DNA from: Kofleriaceae bacterium
GTDB lineage: Bacteria > Myxococcota_A > Polyangia > Haliangiales > Haliangiaceae
Assembly (NCBI GenBank): GCA_965215005.1
Contig: CBDCCZ010000018.1
Coordinates: 64,001-128,000 of the forward strand
Direction of reading: 5' to 3'
DNA: 64,000 nt
Part shown: positions 12,835 through 24,200 of the stretch, in pieces
Layout of the letters: each line of letters begins with the position of its first letter
How positions within the stretch are numbered: position 1 is the stretch's first letter
Position numbers and translations under genes: made by a program
Notes under the pieces: generated by a model
Seen by the model: the letters and a program-made list of their open reading frames with translations, nothing else
What the model was told of the DNA's origin: nothing
The model's database searches: none

Positions 12835-14223
12835 CTACTTCTGCTTCTGCCGCTGCTGGAAGGAATAGGGCCGATAGCTCGGACCCTTGTTGCGCGCATC
12901 GTCGCTGGCGCTGCCGTTGCCGTCGCCCGCGATGAGCTCTTCTGGCGGCTGCTCGTGGCCCTCGCGAAACTTGATGTTGTCGAGCGGGTTCTCCGCCACC
13001 AACACCTGGGTTTGCTGATCGAGAACGTCTGCCAGACCCTCGAGCTTATCGATGTCATCGAGGATGTCATCGACGGTGTTGTAGCGCTCGCCGCGTGAGT
13101 CGCGGGTCATGCGATCGAAGATGTCGTCGATTCCCTTGGGCAGCCGGGCGTTGACCTGCGACGGCATTGGCGAGCGCCGGCCGGGCAACTTGCGCGTGAG
13201 GAGCTCGTAAAAGATGATCCCGAGCGCGTAGATGTCCGCCTGCGGGCCCGCGCTGCCCGGATCATTGTAGAGCTCGGGCGCCATGTACGCGATGTTGCCC
13301 ATGCCCACGTAGACCTGGCGAATCACCGCGGTGTCGCGCTCGACGATGCGACCAAAGCCAAAGTCGGTGACCTTGACGTTGCCGTACGCGTCGATGAGGA
13401 GCTGCTCGGGCTTGAGCCCGCGGTGGTAGACCCGCTTGGCATGCGCCGCGCGCAGCGCGTGCAGCGTTTGCAGCAGGTACTTCATCGCCAGGTCGACGGG
13501 GATCTCTTCGGCGTCGTTGATCAGTCGCCGCGCTGAGCCATTGGGCGCCAGCTCGTTGACCACATACGGGAAGTCACGCTCGAGGTTGACGTCGTGAATG
13601 GGCAGGATGTTGGGGTGCGCGAGGTTGGCGGCGGCGCGAATCACATCGGTGAAACGGCGGATGATTTCGCCGCGTTGATCTTCGCTGAAGAACCCAAACA
13701 GGTCGCGAATCTCCTTGAGCGCAACCTCACGGTTGAGCGGCACCTGGCGGGCCCGGAACACGGTTCCAATGCCACCCGTGCCGATGCTGGCCAGCTTTTC
13801 GTAGCGACTATCGACGATCTCGCTCGAGGTCTGAATCTCGCCGCCCACGGTTGCCGTCGGTCTTCCGCCTGAGGTGTGAATCTTAGACACCCGGCTCTCC
13901 TCTTTACGACGGCGTACGCGAGCATTCTTGAAGTGCGACACGGCGCGCTCCGTGAGCTCAGTCAAGTTGCCGCCGTTGACAATGCCTTCGCCGTCAGGAG
14001 TGATCTCCAGTGACTCGCTCACCGGATCCTGTCGGAGGTAACCGGCTTTCTCCAAGAAGCCGATGTACTCGGGGAATGGGATGGACACCGCGCCTTCGCA
14101 AACGCGACGAATATCCTCGTAACGGTTCTGCCGTCCATAGCGGGCTTCCGCCATGACGTTGGCGAGGATGAAACGGGACTCCTCGCAGAGAACCTCTTTA
14201 GTGACCTTGGTTCTCCCCTCCAT
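12835..14223 (-). CDS. Hanks-type Ser/Thr kinase-fold protein, probably a pseudokinase, with an extra N-terminal domain
   Basis: GTGGIGTV, VALKEI, DFG, YMAPE, DIYALG present; catalytic loop reads HRGLKPEQ. Confidence 0.88.
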   Translation of the reverse strand: MEGRTKVTKEVLCEESRFILANVMAEARYGRQNRYEDIRRVCEGAVSIPFPEYIGFLEKAGYLRQDPVSESLEITPDGEGIVNGGNLTELTERAVSHFKNARVRRRKEESRVSKIHTSGGRPTATVGGEIQTSSEIVDSRYEKLASIGTGGIGTVFRARQVPLNREVALKEIRDLFGFFSEDQRGEIIRRFTDVIRAAANLAHPNILPIHDVNLERDFPYVVNELAPNGSARRLINDAEEIPVDLAMKYLLQTLHALRAAHAKRVYHRGLKPEQLLIDAYGNVKVTDFGFGRIVERDTAVIRQVYVGMGNIAYMAPELYNDPGSAGPQADIYALGIIFYELLTRKLPGRRSPMPSQVNARLPKGIDDIFDRMTRDSRGERYNTVDDILDDIDKLEGLADVLDQQTQVLVAENPLDNIKFREGHEQPPEELIAGDGNGSASDDARNKGPSYRPYSFQQRQKQK

Positions 14224-14286
14224 GCGTTTGAAAAGTGTACGAGGTGCGCGATCCGGTGGTCAAACGTCGCGCACCGCAATCGCGCA

Positions 14287-14718
14287 TCAGCACCAACGCG
14301 GCAGCCCCTCACGGGCCAATCGCTCCACGAATCCGCGGTCCGCGGCGACGATATTGAGCTCGGCAAGGCCTTCCGGAGCACACCACGCGATGTCGGCAAC
14401 CGCCACACATCGCGGCACGCCGCGAGCGATGCGACACCGGTACACCAGCATCAGCAAGTCGAATTCCGGGTACGGATGGAACAGGACTTCCCAAATCCTG
14501 CCAACTGCCACCTCGATACCGAGCTCCTCCTCGAGCTCGCGTACCAACGCGACTTGCGGGCCTTCGCCTGGTTCTACCTTGCCCCCGGGAAGCTCCCACT
14601 GCAGCGGCAACGACTGATCGGCGCGCCGTTGGCTCAATAGGGTGCGTCCGTCCTCCCCCAAAATCAGCCCTGCCACCACCAGCGTTCGTCTTCGCGCATG
14701 GTTCTCCCTTTGTGACAT
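14287..14718 (-). CDS. NUDIX hydrolase, MutT/NudG-like
   Basis: Nudix box WELPGGKVEPGEGPQVALVRELEEELG. Confidence 0.9.
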   Translation of the reverse strand: MSQRENHARRRTLVVAGLILGEDGRTLLSQRRADQSLPLQWELPGGKVEPGEGPQVALVRELEEELGIEVAVGRIWEVLFHPYPEFDLLMLVYRCRIARGVPRCVAVADIAWCAPEGLAELNIVAADRGFVERLAREGLPRWC

Positions 14719-14746
14719 CGGTGCCGAGCATAGCGCTCCTGTTACC

Positions 14747-14775
14747 TTGACAGCGACTTAGGCCGCGCCTAAGGT
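14747..14775 (+). promoter_or_regulatory. sigma70-type promoter for the DUF507-like gene
   Basis: TTGACA-N17-TAAGGT, 13 nt before ATG 14789. Confidence 0.65.
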
Positions 14776-14788
14776 CCCCGGCGTATAA

Positions 14789-15304
14789 ATGAAGCTCTAC
14801 GCCGCCAAAGTCGACAGCATCGCGGGTGAGATCATCTCGCGTCTCACCGCCGAGGGCGACATCGAGGTCGCGAGCGGTCCCGAAGCCGAGCTCGATGTCG
14901 CGTCGGTGCTCAAGGAATACCTTCGCGTTGATCGCGAGCTCACCGAGCGCACCAAGGACCTGCTCGAAATCCGCGGCTTGTCACACAGTCAGTTTGGCCG
15001 CACCAAGCGCTCCCTCGCCGAACAGAAAGACTTTGGCCTCGGCGAAGAAGGCATCAACTGGATCTGCACGCAGCTCCTCGAGACCTTCATGCAGTCGGCC
15101 CACGTCGAAGAGATCTTCGCCGAAGACGCGACTCTGCGGCGCAAACTCAAAGACATCCTCAAGAAGCACATGGCCGTGGACGAAGAGCTCGATCGCGAAG
15201 TTCGCCAGCGCATCAAGAACCTCCAAGAGGGCACTCAAAGCTGGGAAATCGAGTACGGCCGCGTCATGGATCAGATGAAGCGAACCCGCGGCCTCGAAGA
15301 GTAG
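14789..15304 (+). CDS. DUF507-like protein
   Basis: Internally duplicated helical pattern (YLRVDRELTERTKDLL / HMAVDEELDREVRQRI) resembling DUF507. Confidence 0.7.
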   Translation: MKLYAAKVDSIAGEIISRLTAEGDIEVASGPEAELDVASVLKEYLRVDRELTERTKDLLEIRGLSHSQFGRTKRSLAEQKDFGLGEEGINWICTQLLETFMQSAHVEEIFAEDATLRRKLKDILKKHMAVDEELDREVRQRIKNLQEGTQSWEIEYGRVMDQMKRTRGLEE

Positions 15305-15401
15305 CGTCCCTCACGGCAGAGTAGCGCTTCCAGGTGGGCTGCGACCTGTGCGCCCGCCGCTGTAGACGACTTTGTGCCCCGAGTCGTCCAGCTCGCACTG
15401 C

Positions 15402-17003
15402 CTACAACCGTCGCGGTGCCGCGGCGGTCGGCAGCGGCGACATCAGGTCCTCGAGCTCCGGCGCGTCGCAGAGGCCGGTGCTCTGGTTGCACACCAGATA
15501 CTTCCACGGAAGGCTCGGATCCGGATCGGCGCCGGGACCGTACCAGCCGCAGTCGAGGTCGGTCTGACATCTCTGAACGCAGCCGGTCACGCTCGGCTCC
15601 TCGGGATCGCTCACGCAGCTCGAGCCCGGCTTGATCGCCTGGCAATCGGCGTCGGTTTGGCAGCCGAGCTCGGTGCAGAACCAGTTATCCGCGGCGTTGG
15701 CGCCAAACTCGAACAAGATGCAGAAAGCGCCAGCGGCGCAGTCTTCATCCTCGGAGTCGCATACCGAGCCCGTCGGCAGGCTGTTCTTGCCGTCGATGAA
15801 TTCGCAGGCGCCGGTGCTGGCGTTGCAGTCGCCGCGAAACCATTGGGTCGTGAATTCATCATCGCAGTCGGCGACGCTACGGCAGCCCTGGGATGTCTCG
15901 CGGCTCACAGTGAGGCTGTAAGGGACGGATTCGGCGCTGGGCTCGTACGCTGGATCGAGTGACAAGACCGATCGCGCCACAGCCAAGTAGTAGTCACCCG
16001 CTGGGAGGTTGGTTAAGCGCACGACCTCGGGCTGTCGCTTGAAGGAAAATCCGTAAGTCGTGCCATCGGGGTCTCCTATCGCCCAACTCTCCCGACCGTT
16101 GGTGACCACGAGATCGAGATCGGCATTGCCTTGCCAGGCCAGCTCGATGTCCAGCGAGTCGGCGTCTGCCACGGTCACCCTGTGCCAATCGAGCTCATCT
16201 CGGGGCGCGTCGCAGATGGCTGCCGTGACGGTGACGGACGCGCCAACGGCGGGGGTTATATCCGTGGCGCCAACCGGACCGTCGTTGGCAGGCTCGCCCG
16301 CATCGTCGTCTGTGCAGGAATCAAAGCTCACGCACTGCCCCAAGTCACACGACGGCTGCCCGGCACTACAGTCGAACGTGTCGCTGCATTCAGCGAGCTC
16401 GAAGGCGATCTCGTAGGGCGTAGCGGCGTTCCTACTGGGGCCGATACCGGTCACGTAGAGATAATAGGTACCCGCTCCAAAGCGCGGCAGGTGGGTACGC
16501 TGCGGGTACTGAGAGTATGCGGCGGGAAAGCCAAGCTCAGAGCCGCGGCCGTTTGCGGTCAAGAACCCAACGGCGACGTCGCCGCTCACCACTCGAGCTG
16601 TATAGGCTTGGCTGCCATCGAGCTCGACTTTGTAGAAATCGTACTCGGTTGCACCGTCGGTATTGCAGGTCTCGCCGGTAACGGTCGTCGCCGCGCTCGC
16701 CGTCGGTGACGCGATGGCGGTCGCTCCGGCCGGTCCATCGTCGCCGGGCTCCCCTTCGTCGTCGTCCTCGCACGTGGGTCCAGCGACGCACAGGCCTTCT
16801 TCGCCGCACGTTGGCGCGCTGGCGCTCGTGCAGTCGAGGAGGGTTTGGCAAGCCGACACCGCCGGCTCGCCGCCATCGGGATTCGCCGCCGGCCCCGCGT
16901 CGGGACGACCGGCATCCGGCGTCGCGGAGTGAGAATCATCATCGCCACACGCTGCTACCAGCATGCAGAAGAGCGAGAGAGTCGCCAGGGTGGATATACG
17001 CAT
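15402..17003 (-). CDS. Secreted lipoprotein with two Cys-knot plus PPC-like modules and a Cys-rich C-terminus
   Basis: Lipobox VAAC; repeated C..DDDxGEPxxDGPxGATxI followed by DFY/DWH...GxYYLxV PPC-like strands. Confidence 0.75.
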   Translation of the reverse strand: MRISTLATLSLFCMLVAACGDDDSHSATPDAGRPDAGPAANPDGGEPAVSACQTLLDCTSASAPTCGEEGLCVAGPTCEDDDEGEPGDDGPAGATAIASPTASAATTVTGETCNTDGATEYDFYKVELDGSQAYTARVVSGDVAVGFLTANGRGSELGFPAAYSQYPQRTHLPRFGAGTYYLYVTGIGPSRNAATPYEIAFELAECSDTFDCSAGQPSCDLGQCVSFDSCTDDDAGEPANDGPVGATDITPAVGASVTVTAAICDAPRDELDWHRVTVADADSLDIELAWQGNADLDLVVTNGRESWAIGDPDGTTYGFSFKRQPEVVRLTNLPAGDYYLAVARSVLSLDPAYEPSAESVPYSLTVSRETSQGCRSVADCDDEFTTQWFRGDCNASTGACEFIDGKNSLPTGSVCDSEDEDCAAGAFCILFEFGANAADNWFCTELGCQTDADCQAIKPGSSCVSDPEEPSVTGCVQRCQTDLDCGWYGPGADPDPSLPWKYLVCNQSTGLCDAPELEDLMSPLPTAAAPRRL

Positions 17004-17147
17004 GCCGGTTAGGACCGCCAGCGCGTGACCTCGGCATGACCACCCGGTGGATTACGACCATGGCGTCGGCGGGCCAACGGAGCAGGCCGTGGCCTCGCCG
17101 GTGAGCTCGACAGAACGCGGGGTTCGAGATGCGATAGAGTCGCGGCG

Positions 17148-18257
17148 ATGTTGGCCCGAACGGACGTGGTGATCGCACTGCTGCTTGTGAGTGGCGCTGT
17201 TGGGGGCTGTGAGAAGGCAGCGCCCAAGCAGGAAGCGCCGACAGTAGACAAAGCGGCGGTGGAAGTAGCTACCGACCAAGCGCCCAAAGATTCCCGGCCG
17301 CAAGTAGCGCGTGCGGAAGAGGACTCGAAGCCTCGCATCGGCGATCCCAAGTCCGTACCGCCGCCGCCGGTGGTGAAGAAGACCAAGAAGGGCGACTGCT
17401 CGATCGACTATGCGCCGCGGCCAGAGCGGGATCCAAGCCCGATGTGCAAGATCGCCGGCGGCACCTTCATGATGGGCAGCGCCGACGATGATCCGCTGGC
17501 CCACGATGACGAGAAGCCGCAGCACCAGGTGACACTGTCACCCTTCTACATTGATCAATTCGAGGTGACCGTTGCCCAGTACCTGCTGTTTCTGAACACG
17601 GCGGGTGGCCACGAATTCTGCGAGAGCGCGATGAACAGCGAGTGCGTGGGAGTCCGACCGAGCTATGAGCATGGAATGATCGAGAAGCGGGACGGGCAGT
17701 ACGTGGCGGTGGAAGGGAGGGAGCTATATCCGATATCGGGGGTGACCCTTGGGGGGGCTCAGCTGTATTGCGACTGGGTGGGGAAGACGCTACCGACGGA
17801 GGCGCAGTGGGAGTTTGCCGCCCGTCATGACCCAAAGACCGGTGAAGATCTCGTGTATCCATGGGGCAACGGATTCGACCTGCGTCGCGTCTATTGCGGC
17901 GACGACTGCGGAATCGCACTGCCTCTTGCTCGCATCGCACCAGTGGGCTCATTCGATGGCTCGTCGGCCGCGAAGGGTGATGGGTCGTCGCCGCATGGGC
18001 TCTTCGACATGGCAGCCAACGTTTCTGAGATGGTGGCAGATTGCTATCTTCTCAAGCATCAGGCGTGCGATGGAAGTTGCCTGGATCCAATCCAGAAGCT
18101 TCCCAATCGGTGCGGCGGTGTCACCAAGGGGATCTTGACGCGGAAAAAAGGCTTAGAGCGGATCGTACGGGCTGCGAATCGCGCACCAGGAGATGGCTCG
18201 ACCCCCTCCAGCGCTGTCGGCTTTCGATGCGCACGAGTTGAGGATCAGCGCGACTGA
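17148..18257 (+). CDS. FGE-sulfatase/SUMF1 (CLec-fold) domain lipoprotein, non-catalytic
   Basis: Lipobox VGGC; GGTFMMGS, FYIDQFEVTVAQY, LPTEAQWEFAAR, YPWG, GLFDMAANVSE, VGFRCAR; FGE active-site Cys motif absent. Confidence 0.85.
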   Translation: MLARTDVVIALLLVSGAVGGCEKAAPKQEAPTVDKAAVEVATDQAPKDSRPQVARAEEDSKPRIGDPKSVPPPPVVKKTKKGDCSIDYAPRPERDPSPMCKIAGGTFMMGSADDDPLAHDDEKPQHQVTLSPFYIDQFEVTVAQYLLFLNTAGGHEFCESAMNSECVGVRPSYEHGMIEKRDGQYVAVEGRELYPISGVTLGGAQLYCDWVGKTLPTEAQWEFAARHDPKTGEDLVYPWGNGFDLRRVYCGDDCGIALPLARIAPVGSFDGSSAAKGDGSSPHGLFDMAANVSEMVADCYLLKHQACDGSCLDPIQKLPNRCGGVTKGILTRKKGLERIVRAANRAPGDGSTPSSAVGFRCARVEDQRD

Positions 18258-21200
18258 TCCAGCGTAATCACACACACCGTTTTTACGAACTCATCTTCTC
18301 TTAGTCGGGCGTAGCTTCCGTCGCGCAACATCCGCCAGGCGTGCTCTCTCACCTCTGTCGGTGCTATCGTGACCGTTACGTCATACCGCACGGTTCCCGC
18401 GGCCTCGCGGGTGTCAATCGATATTACTTCGAGGATCTCCGCGTCGTAGTGCTCTAGCTGCACGGTTCTCGTCTTGCCTAGCTGGACGCGATCGACGCCG
18501 TCGCGGTGGGGGAAGAGGAGGATGTCTCTGAGAGACTCGGCGAGGTCGTCGTTGAAGTCGTAGAAGGCGCCGGGGCTGTCGCCGCCTTTGGCGGGGGCTT
18601 CGAAGGCCAGTCGGCGGTAGATGACGTCTCCGACTTCACCTTGCTCGGTTTGCACAGCTAAAATCAGGGCCACCTTGAAGGAGTAGATGTTGTCGTCGGG
18701 GACGGAAGAGAGGCCGCTCTCGCTGACCTCGGCCCTCGCCGTTGTCATTCTAACTGCGTAGCCTTCCGCGGTTTGCAGCGGCAGTTGGCGGAGCTGGTCG
18801 AGGTGGTCTTCATCCACCACGAGGCTCGTGCCGTTCCAGCGCACGGCTTGCTCGAAGACGTTGGCCGGTAGGCCGACGTAGTGCAAGCCCAGGACTGCGC
18901 TAACAATGCCGCCTTGAGGCGCTGGCTCCGCGCCTGCGGCGCCGGCGCCCTTGCCTTCTGACTCTCCAGCTTCGCTGCCGAGCTCCTCATTTAGCTCGGT
19001 GAGCTCCTCGAGCTCATTGCCGACTCCTCCTCCGCGGCCGCTGCCACTCGCGCCACTGCCACTGCCACTGCCACTGCCACTGCCACTGCCACTGCCACTG
19101 CCGCTCGCATACTCGGGATGCTCGATCCAGTCGCGCTTGCCCTCAGCGGCCTCCGCGCCTTGTTTGGCCTCGGTCGAGGAGACCGCACGAAGCGCGTTGC
19201 CGGTGCGCCAGAGAGCGACCGCGCGCTCGTCGCTGTCGGCATCGAGCGCAGCGCCGCCTTCCACGGCAACCGGGTCGACGCCCATCACCACCATCCATAG
19301 ATGACGCACGAATGAGCGCTCGTCCTCGGTCATGGTAATCGGCGCGGAGCCGGGCCCGGCACATTGACCGGTGGTGAGGAGGGAGGCGAGGCGCTCGGCA
19401 TCGAGAGCCGCGTACTTCTGCACCAGGTAATCGCGCTGGAAATCCGCGACGCGATGGCCGCGGGAGAACAGGGCTTCGGCGCGAGCGCGTTCTTCCGCGG
19501 TGGGCTCGTCGAAGTCGGCAACATTGGTGAGAGCTCCATCGGGGCGGCGAACGTCCAGCGTCCCTTCCGAGGCCAGCTCGTCGACGAGCTCGGGGTCTTT
19601 GGACTTACTCGCGCGAGTGCCCACGTCGGCGTACTCGCGCAACAGCGCGTCGAGCCGCAGCGCTTGTTGCCGGAACTCATCGCTGTCATCGCCCCGTTCT
19701 GCGCCCGTCTTGGCGGCGACGTAGCCCGCTTGCACGACCTTGATGGTCATCTCGTAGTGCTCGAGGTCAGCGGTGGCGCGAACCGGGTCGAACGTGGCCG
19801 CATCGATCTCCCCGACCTCGATGCCGAGCCGCTGCATCTCCATTTCGATCGCTCGCAGCTGCCCGAGCTTGCTCTGATTGGCAGAATACCAATCGACGAG
19901 CTTGGCAATAAGCTCGGGGTCCGCCTGCATGTTGTTGCGAAATTGCGCGAGCGAGCGCGGATTGCTCAAGTCCAGCAGCCCAGCTCCTTCCAGCGCCTCG
20001 ATAGCGCGCATCGCGCGCACGCCTTCTTTGATACCAATGTCGCTGACGGCGAACATCGTGGCGACATCAGCGATTGTCATGTCCTCCCAAGGAACGTTGC
20101 CGAGAACCTCGCCGCCGTCGCGCAGCATCCGGTACATCGCTTCGGGCGCGTGAACGATGCCCTCGAGAGTGCCAACCGGATCTTCGATGACGTCCGCGGC
20201 GAGGCCCGCCAGCTTGATGGCGGTGCCGATGGCTGGCAGGAAGCGGGCGAGCTTGAGGAGCACTTGATACGAGAGCGCCAACTGCAATGAATAGGTAGCG
20301 GTGCGGCGACCCGTGGTCGAGGGAATGGCCAACGTCGCGGTGGCGATGGGTAGAAATCCGCCCTGCATGACCTCGACCAGGAGCGTGTCGAGATCATCTG
20401 GCAGCTCGAGGTAGAGGCTTGCGCCATCGGCGGCCGCGGGGCCAAAAATCTGGCTCAGGGCGCTGGTGAAGCCGGGGATGGCGGCGACGGGAACTGGCTC
20501 GGCCGCAGGCACCGCACCTTCACCAACGGTAAAGGTGAGCGAGAACGAGGTCGTCGTGACGGTGCCGGCGATAGAAGTGGGCACGAGCAGCGTCGGGTCG
20601 GCTAGCAGCTCCTCGCGCTGGTGCAGGAGAATCTCCAGAAGCGTCTGCAAGCTCCATCCGGCCTGCAATGCAAAGGTCTTGGCGTCGGCGCCGCGGCCGC
20701 GGGTGCCGGAGAAGCGCAGCTCCACACCGGTGGGCGCATCGTCACCGGTGAAGCCGAGGGCAACGCCGCTAGCTTGCTTGCGGTGGCGCGCGTGCAGCAG
20801 ACGCTGATAGACCGACTGCGGCAAGAAGGTGCGCAGGACCAGCTCGATATTCATCGCCGCGCGGAGCTCGATGCCGGCGCCAATGGTGCCGTCGGGCTCG
20901 CCGCGATACACCTGGCCGACGATACTGGCGTCCTCGCCCTCGCCCAGCGAGCTGCGTGCCGGGTCCAAGCGCAGCCAGTCTCCAGCGCCGACGGACACCG
21001 CAGCGAGCGGCTCTTGCAAGAGCGACGGCAAATCACCCACCCTGCGCGCCCACGCATCCGCCGCAAGCTCCTCGACCTTGGGCAACGCATCGGGCGGCAA
21101 GGATTGGGCCTCGAGCGCCATGCCTTTGCCCGCGATGCGGAAGTGCGCCGGAAGCAGCTCCGCGGGCTCGGCATTGCCGGCCAAGGCGCCAATAAGAGTG

Positions 21201-24200
21201 GGATAGTCGTAGACTAGGAAGTTTTCTTCGCGGCGATCGGCAATGCGCAGGCCGCTGGCCGTGAAGCTTACGTCGATGGATTCGATTGCGGCGGACGCGC
21301 CGCGGCGCGCCAACCGGTCGATGGTGCGACGCGCGCCGGCGAGCTTCTCGCTCAGCTGCGCGCGCAAGTCTTCGAGAAAGGCGCGCCGCAAATCGAGGCG
21401 CAGGCCGGGGGCGGTCGCGGCCTCGCCGGTGCCCGCCGCAACGGTGGTGAGCGAAACGTCGCCCCCGCCCGCGAGACCTTTGCCGTAGACGTCCACGGCC
21501 TCGGTGCCAATGGAATCGGCAAGCCAGCCCGGCAGGCGAACGGTTTCGGCAAGCGCCCTGCCCTTGTCGCGCGTGGAGATGCCGGCGCCGAGGGTGAGCC
21601 CAAACTGCGCAGCGCGCTCGACGTGGAGCTCGTCGGGGATCAAGTCGCTGGCGGACAAGCCGTTGGCAATCACGCGATCCAAGCGGTAGACGACGAATCC
21701 GGTCGTTTGGGCGCCTTTCTCGCCGCCGCCAAAGCGGACCGCGAGGCCCGCTTTCTGGCGGCACAGGCGTGGATCGATGCGAATGCTATCGCCGGCCTCG
21801 GCCAGCCCCGCCACGGGAAGCTGCACGCGCTCCCGCAGTGCCGCCGCCAGGCGCTCGACCTCGACGCGTAACAACAAGCCGCGACCGCCGAGATTGGCGA
21901 AGATCTCGGCGCGGTCATCCGGCAAGAACAGCTCGGTGGCGACGCGCTTGCCGACCTCGGGCAGGTGCGCTGCCAGCCATGCCGGCGCCGGAACGTTCAC
22001 GGCAACGATTGAATCACCGCTCGGGCGCGCCACCACAAGCTCGTCGGAAGGCGCCTCGCTCGCTGCTTCGGAGGCGCCGAAGAGAACCTCGCCGACTCCT
22101 TCGTTGCCAAGACGCAGCTCGACGGGGATCAAGTCGCTCGGCTCGATACCGTCGAGAAGCCGCAGAAGATCGAAGGCGACATGCGCGCTGCCAGGATCGC
22201 TTGCGTCATAGATGCGCAGCACGCCATCGCTGCCGAGGTGCAGATAGCGCTGTGCGCCAGCAAGACCTTTCTGCGCGGCGGCGCGCATGCGGCTGGCGAG
22301 GCCGGAAGCGGCGTCGCCGAGGCGGTCGAGCAAGCCGGCGACATCAAACTCAAAGCCGAGCTGGCCGCCCGGAAACGAAGGCAGCAACTCGGTGAGCGCG
22401 CTGAGATCGATGCCAAAGCCCAGGCGCAGGTCCGGCAACAGCTCGAGCGCGGCGCGAACGTCGGGAAGCGGCACGCTCGGCAGCTCCACGGCAAGCGCAC
22501 GCAAAAAGGTCTGCAAGCGCTCGGCAGCGAACTCGACGCTGCCGAGGCCGCCTTCGCCGGTGAACCACGGAATCCGCGGTAGCGCCGAGATGGCGATGCC
22601 ATCGAGCTCGAAATGCAGCCCGCTTGGGATCAGCCTGCCGAGGTCGAAGCCGCCCTCGAGCAAGCTGCCCAAGCGCGCCACCAGATCGAACTCGACGAAG
22701 CCCTCGCCGCACTCGAGCCGCAGGGCGCCGTCGATGACGCGCAGCGCCTTGCGGCCGACCGTGCGGAGCGCCGCGAGCAAACGCTGAGCGGCGGCCTTAC
22801 CGGCGCGACCGAGCTGCTCGAGCTTGGTGAGCAGAAACTGCACGTCGACCGACGCGATCACGCCTTTGTCGGCATCGGCGGAGGCCAGCAGCGCCAGCGA
22901 GAAGTGCTGGTCGGCGTAGAACGGCTGCAGCCAGAGGCTGCCTTCGTCTTTGCCCACAAGCGTGCGCGCAATGGCAGGCGGGGTCTCGAGCTCGAGCGGC
23001 TCGCACAGCGGCTCGCCTTTTCCGGCCAGCGCGGCGGCGGTGTTGACGCCCAAACCAACGGTGCCGACGCCAGCAACATTGAGCAAGACCTCTTCGGGAA
23101 CCAGGCTCGCGAGCGCCAGCCCGCCGGGCTGCAGGAGCCGATCGACGCGCCAGAGAGCATATCCAGTGGCAGCACCTGCACCATCTCCGCCGACGAAGCG
23201 CAGCGCGAACGCGCTGTCGACGCAACGCTCGCGGTCGATCTCGACCGTGGCGGTGATCGGCAGGGTCAGGCCAGGAATCTGGATTCGGCTGCCGAGAGCC
23301 GCTCCCAGGGCCTCTGCGTTGAGGGTAACGAGGATGCCGCGCGCGGTGTCTGCCTCGCCGCGACCAAAGAGGCGCGCGGTGTGGCCGTCGATGAAGAGCT
23401 CGACGGTCATCGTGCCGCTGCTAGCGATGGCGGCGCCGCCCGCGCTGAGGTGAGGGGCGAGCCACGCGGGCGCGGCGATGCCGGTCATAGTGACGACCGG
23501 CGCGCCATCGGGACGCGTTGCTAGCAGCCGATCTGCGACCTGCGTATCAGGACGGGTCGCATCGGTAGCAACCGCGCCCATCTCGATGCTGCCGAGGTCT
23601 CCCGCAGCCGCGCGCAGCTCGACCGGCACCAAGTCGGCCGCATCGGCGCCATCGACGAGGCGCAGGAGGTCAAAGCCCACCTGCACGCCGCCGGGCGCGC
23701 GCGCATCATAAAGCCGCAGGATGCCGTCGCTGCCAAGGTGCAGGTAGCGGCGCGCCAGCGCCATGCCCTTGCCCAGCGCCGCGCGCACGCGGCTCGCAAG
23801 CGTGCCGGCGACCTCGCCCACTCGCTCGAGAAGGCTAGCGAGGTCGAGCTCGAAGCCGAGCTGAACCCCGCGCAGCGAAGGCAGCTGCTCGGCCAAGGCA
23901 TCGAGATCGAAGCCGAGCCCGATCCCGCCGCCGGGAACCAGCTCGAGCAGAGCCCGCACGTTTGGCAACGGCACCTGGGGCAGCTCGAGCGACATGTCGC
24001 GGAGCAGCTGCGCGAGCCGCTCGGTTGGCAGCGCAAACCCGCCGAGCGCGCCATGCTGCAGCCAAGGAATCTGGGGCAGCGACAGCACCGACAAGCCCTC
24101 GAGGTGCAGCTCGAAGCGCGATACCGCTAGCGCCGTCGCATCGAAGCCGCTCTCAACCAGCCGCCCGAGCTGCGCGGCGATATCGAACTCGACCGAGCCG

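Noticed and set aside
17148..18257. Diversity-generating retroelement target (CLec/FGE fold)
   Set aside because: No reverse transcriptase and no second copy of the C-terminal region (template repeat) seen in the window; a remote DGR cannot be excluded.
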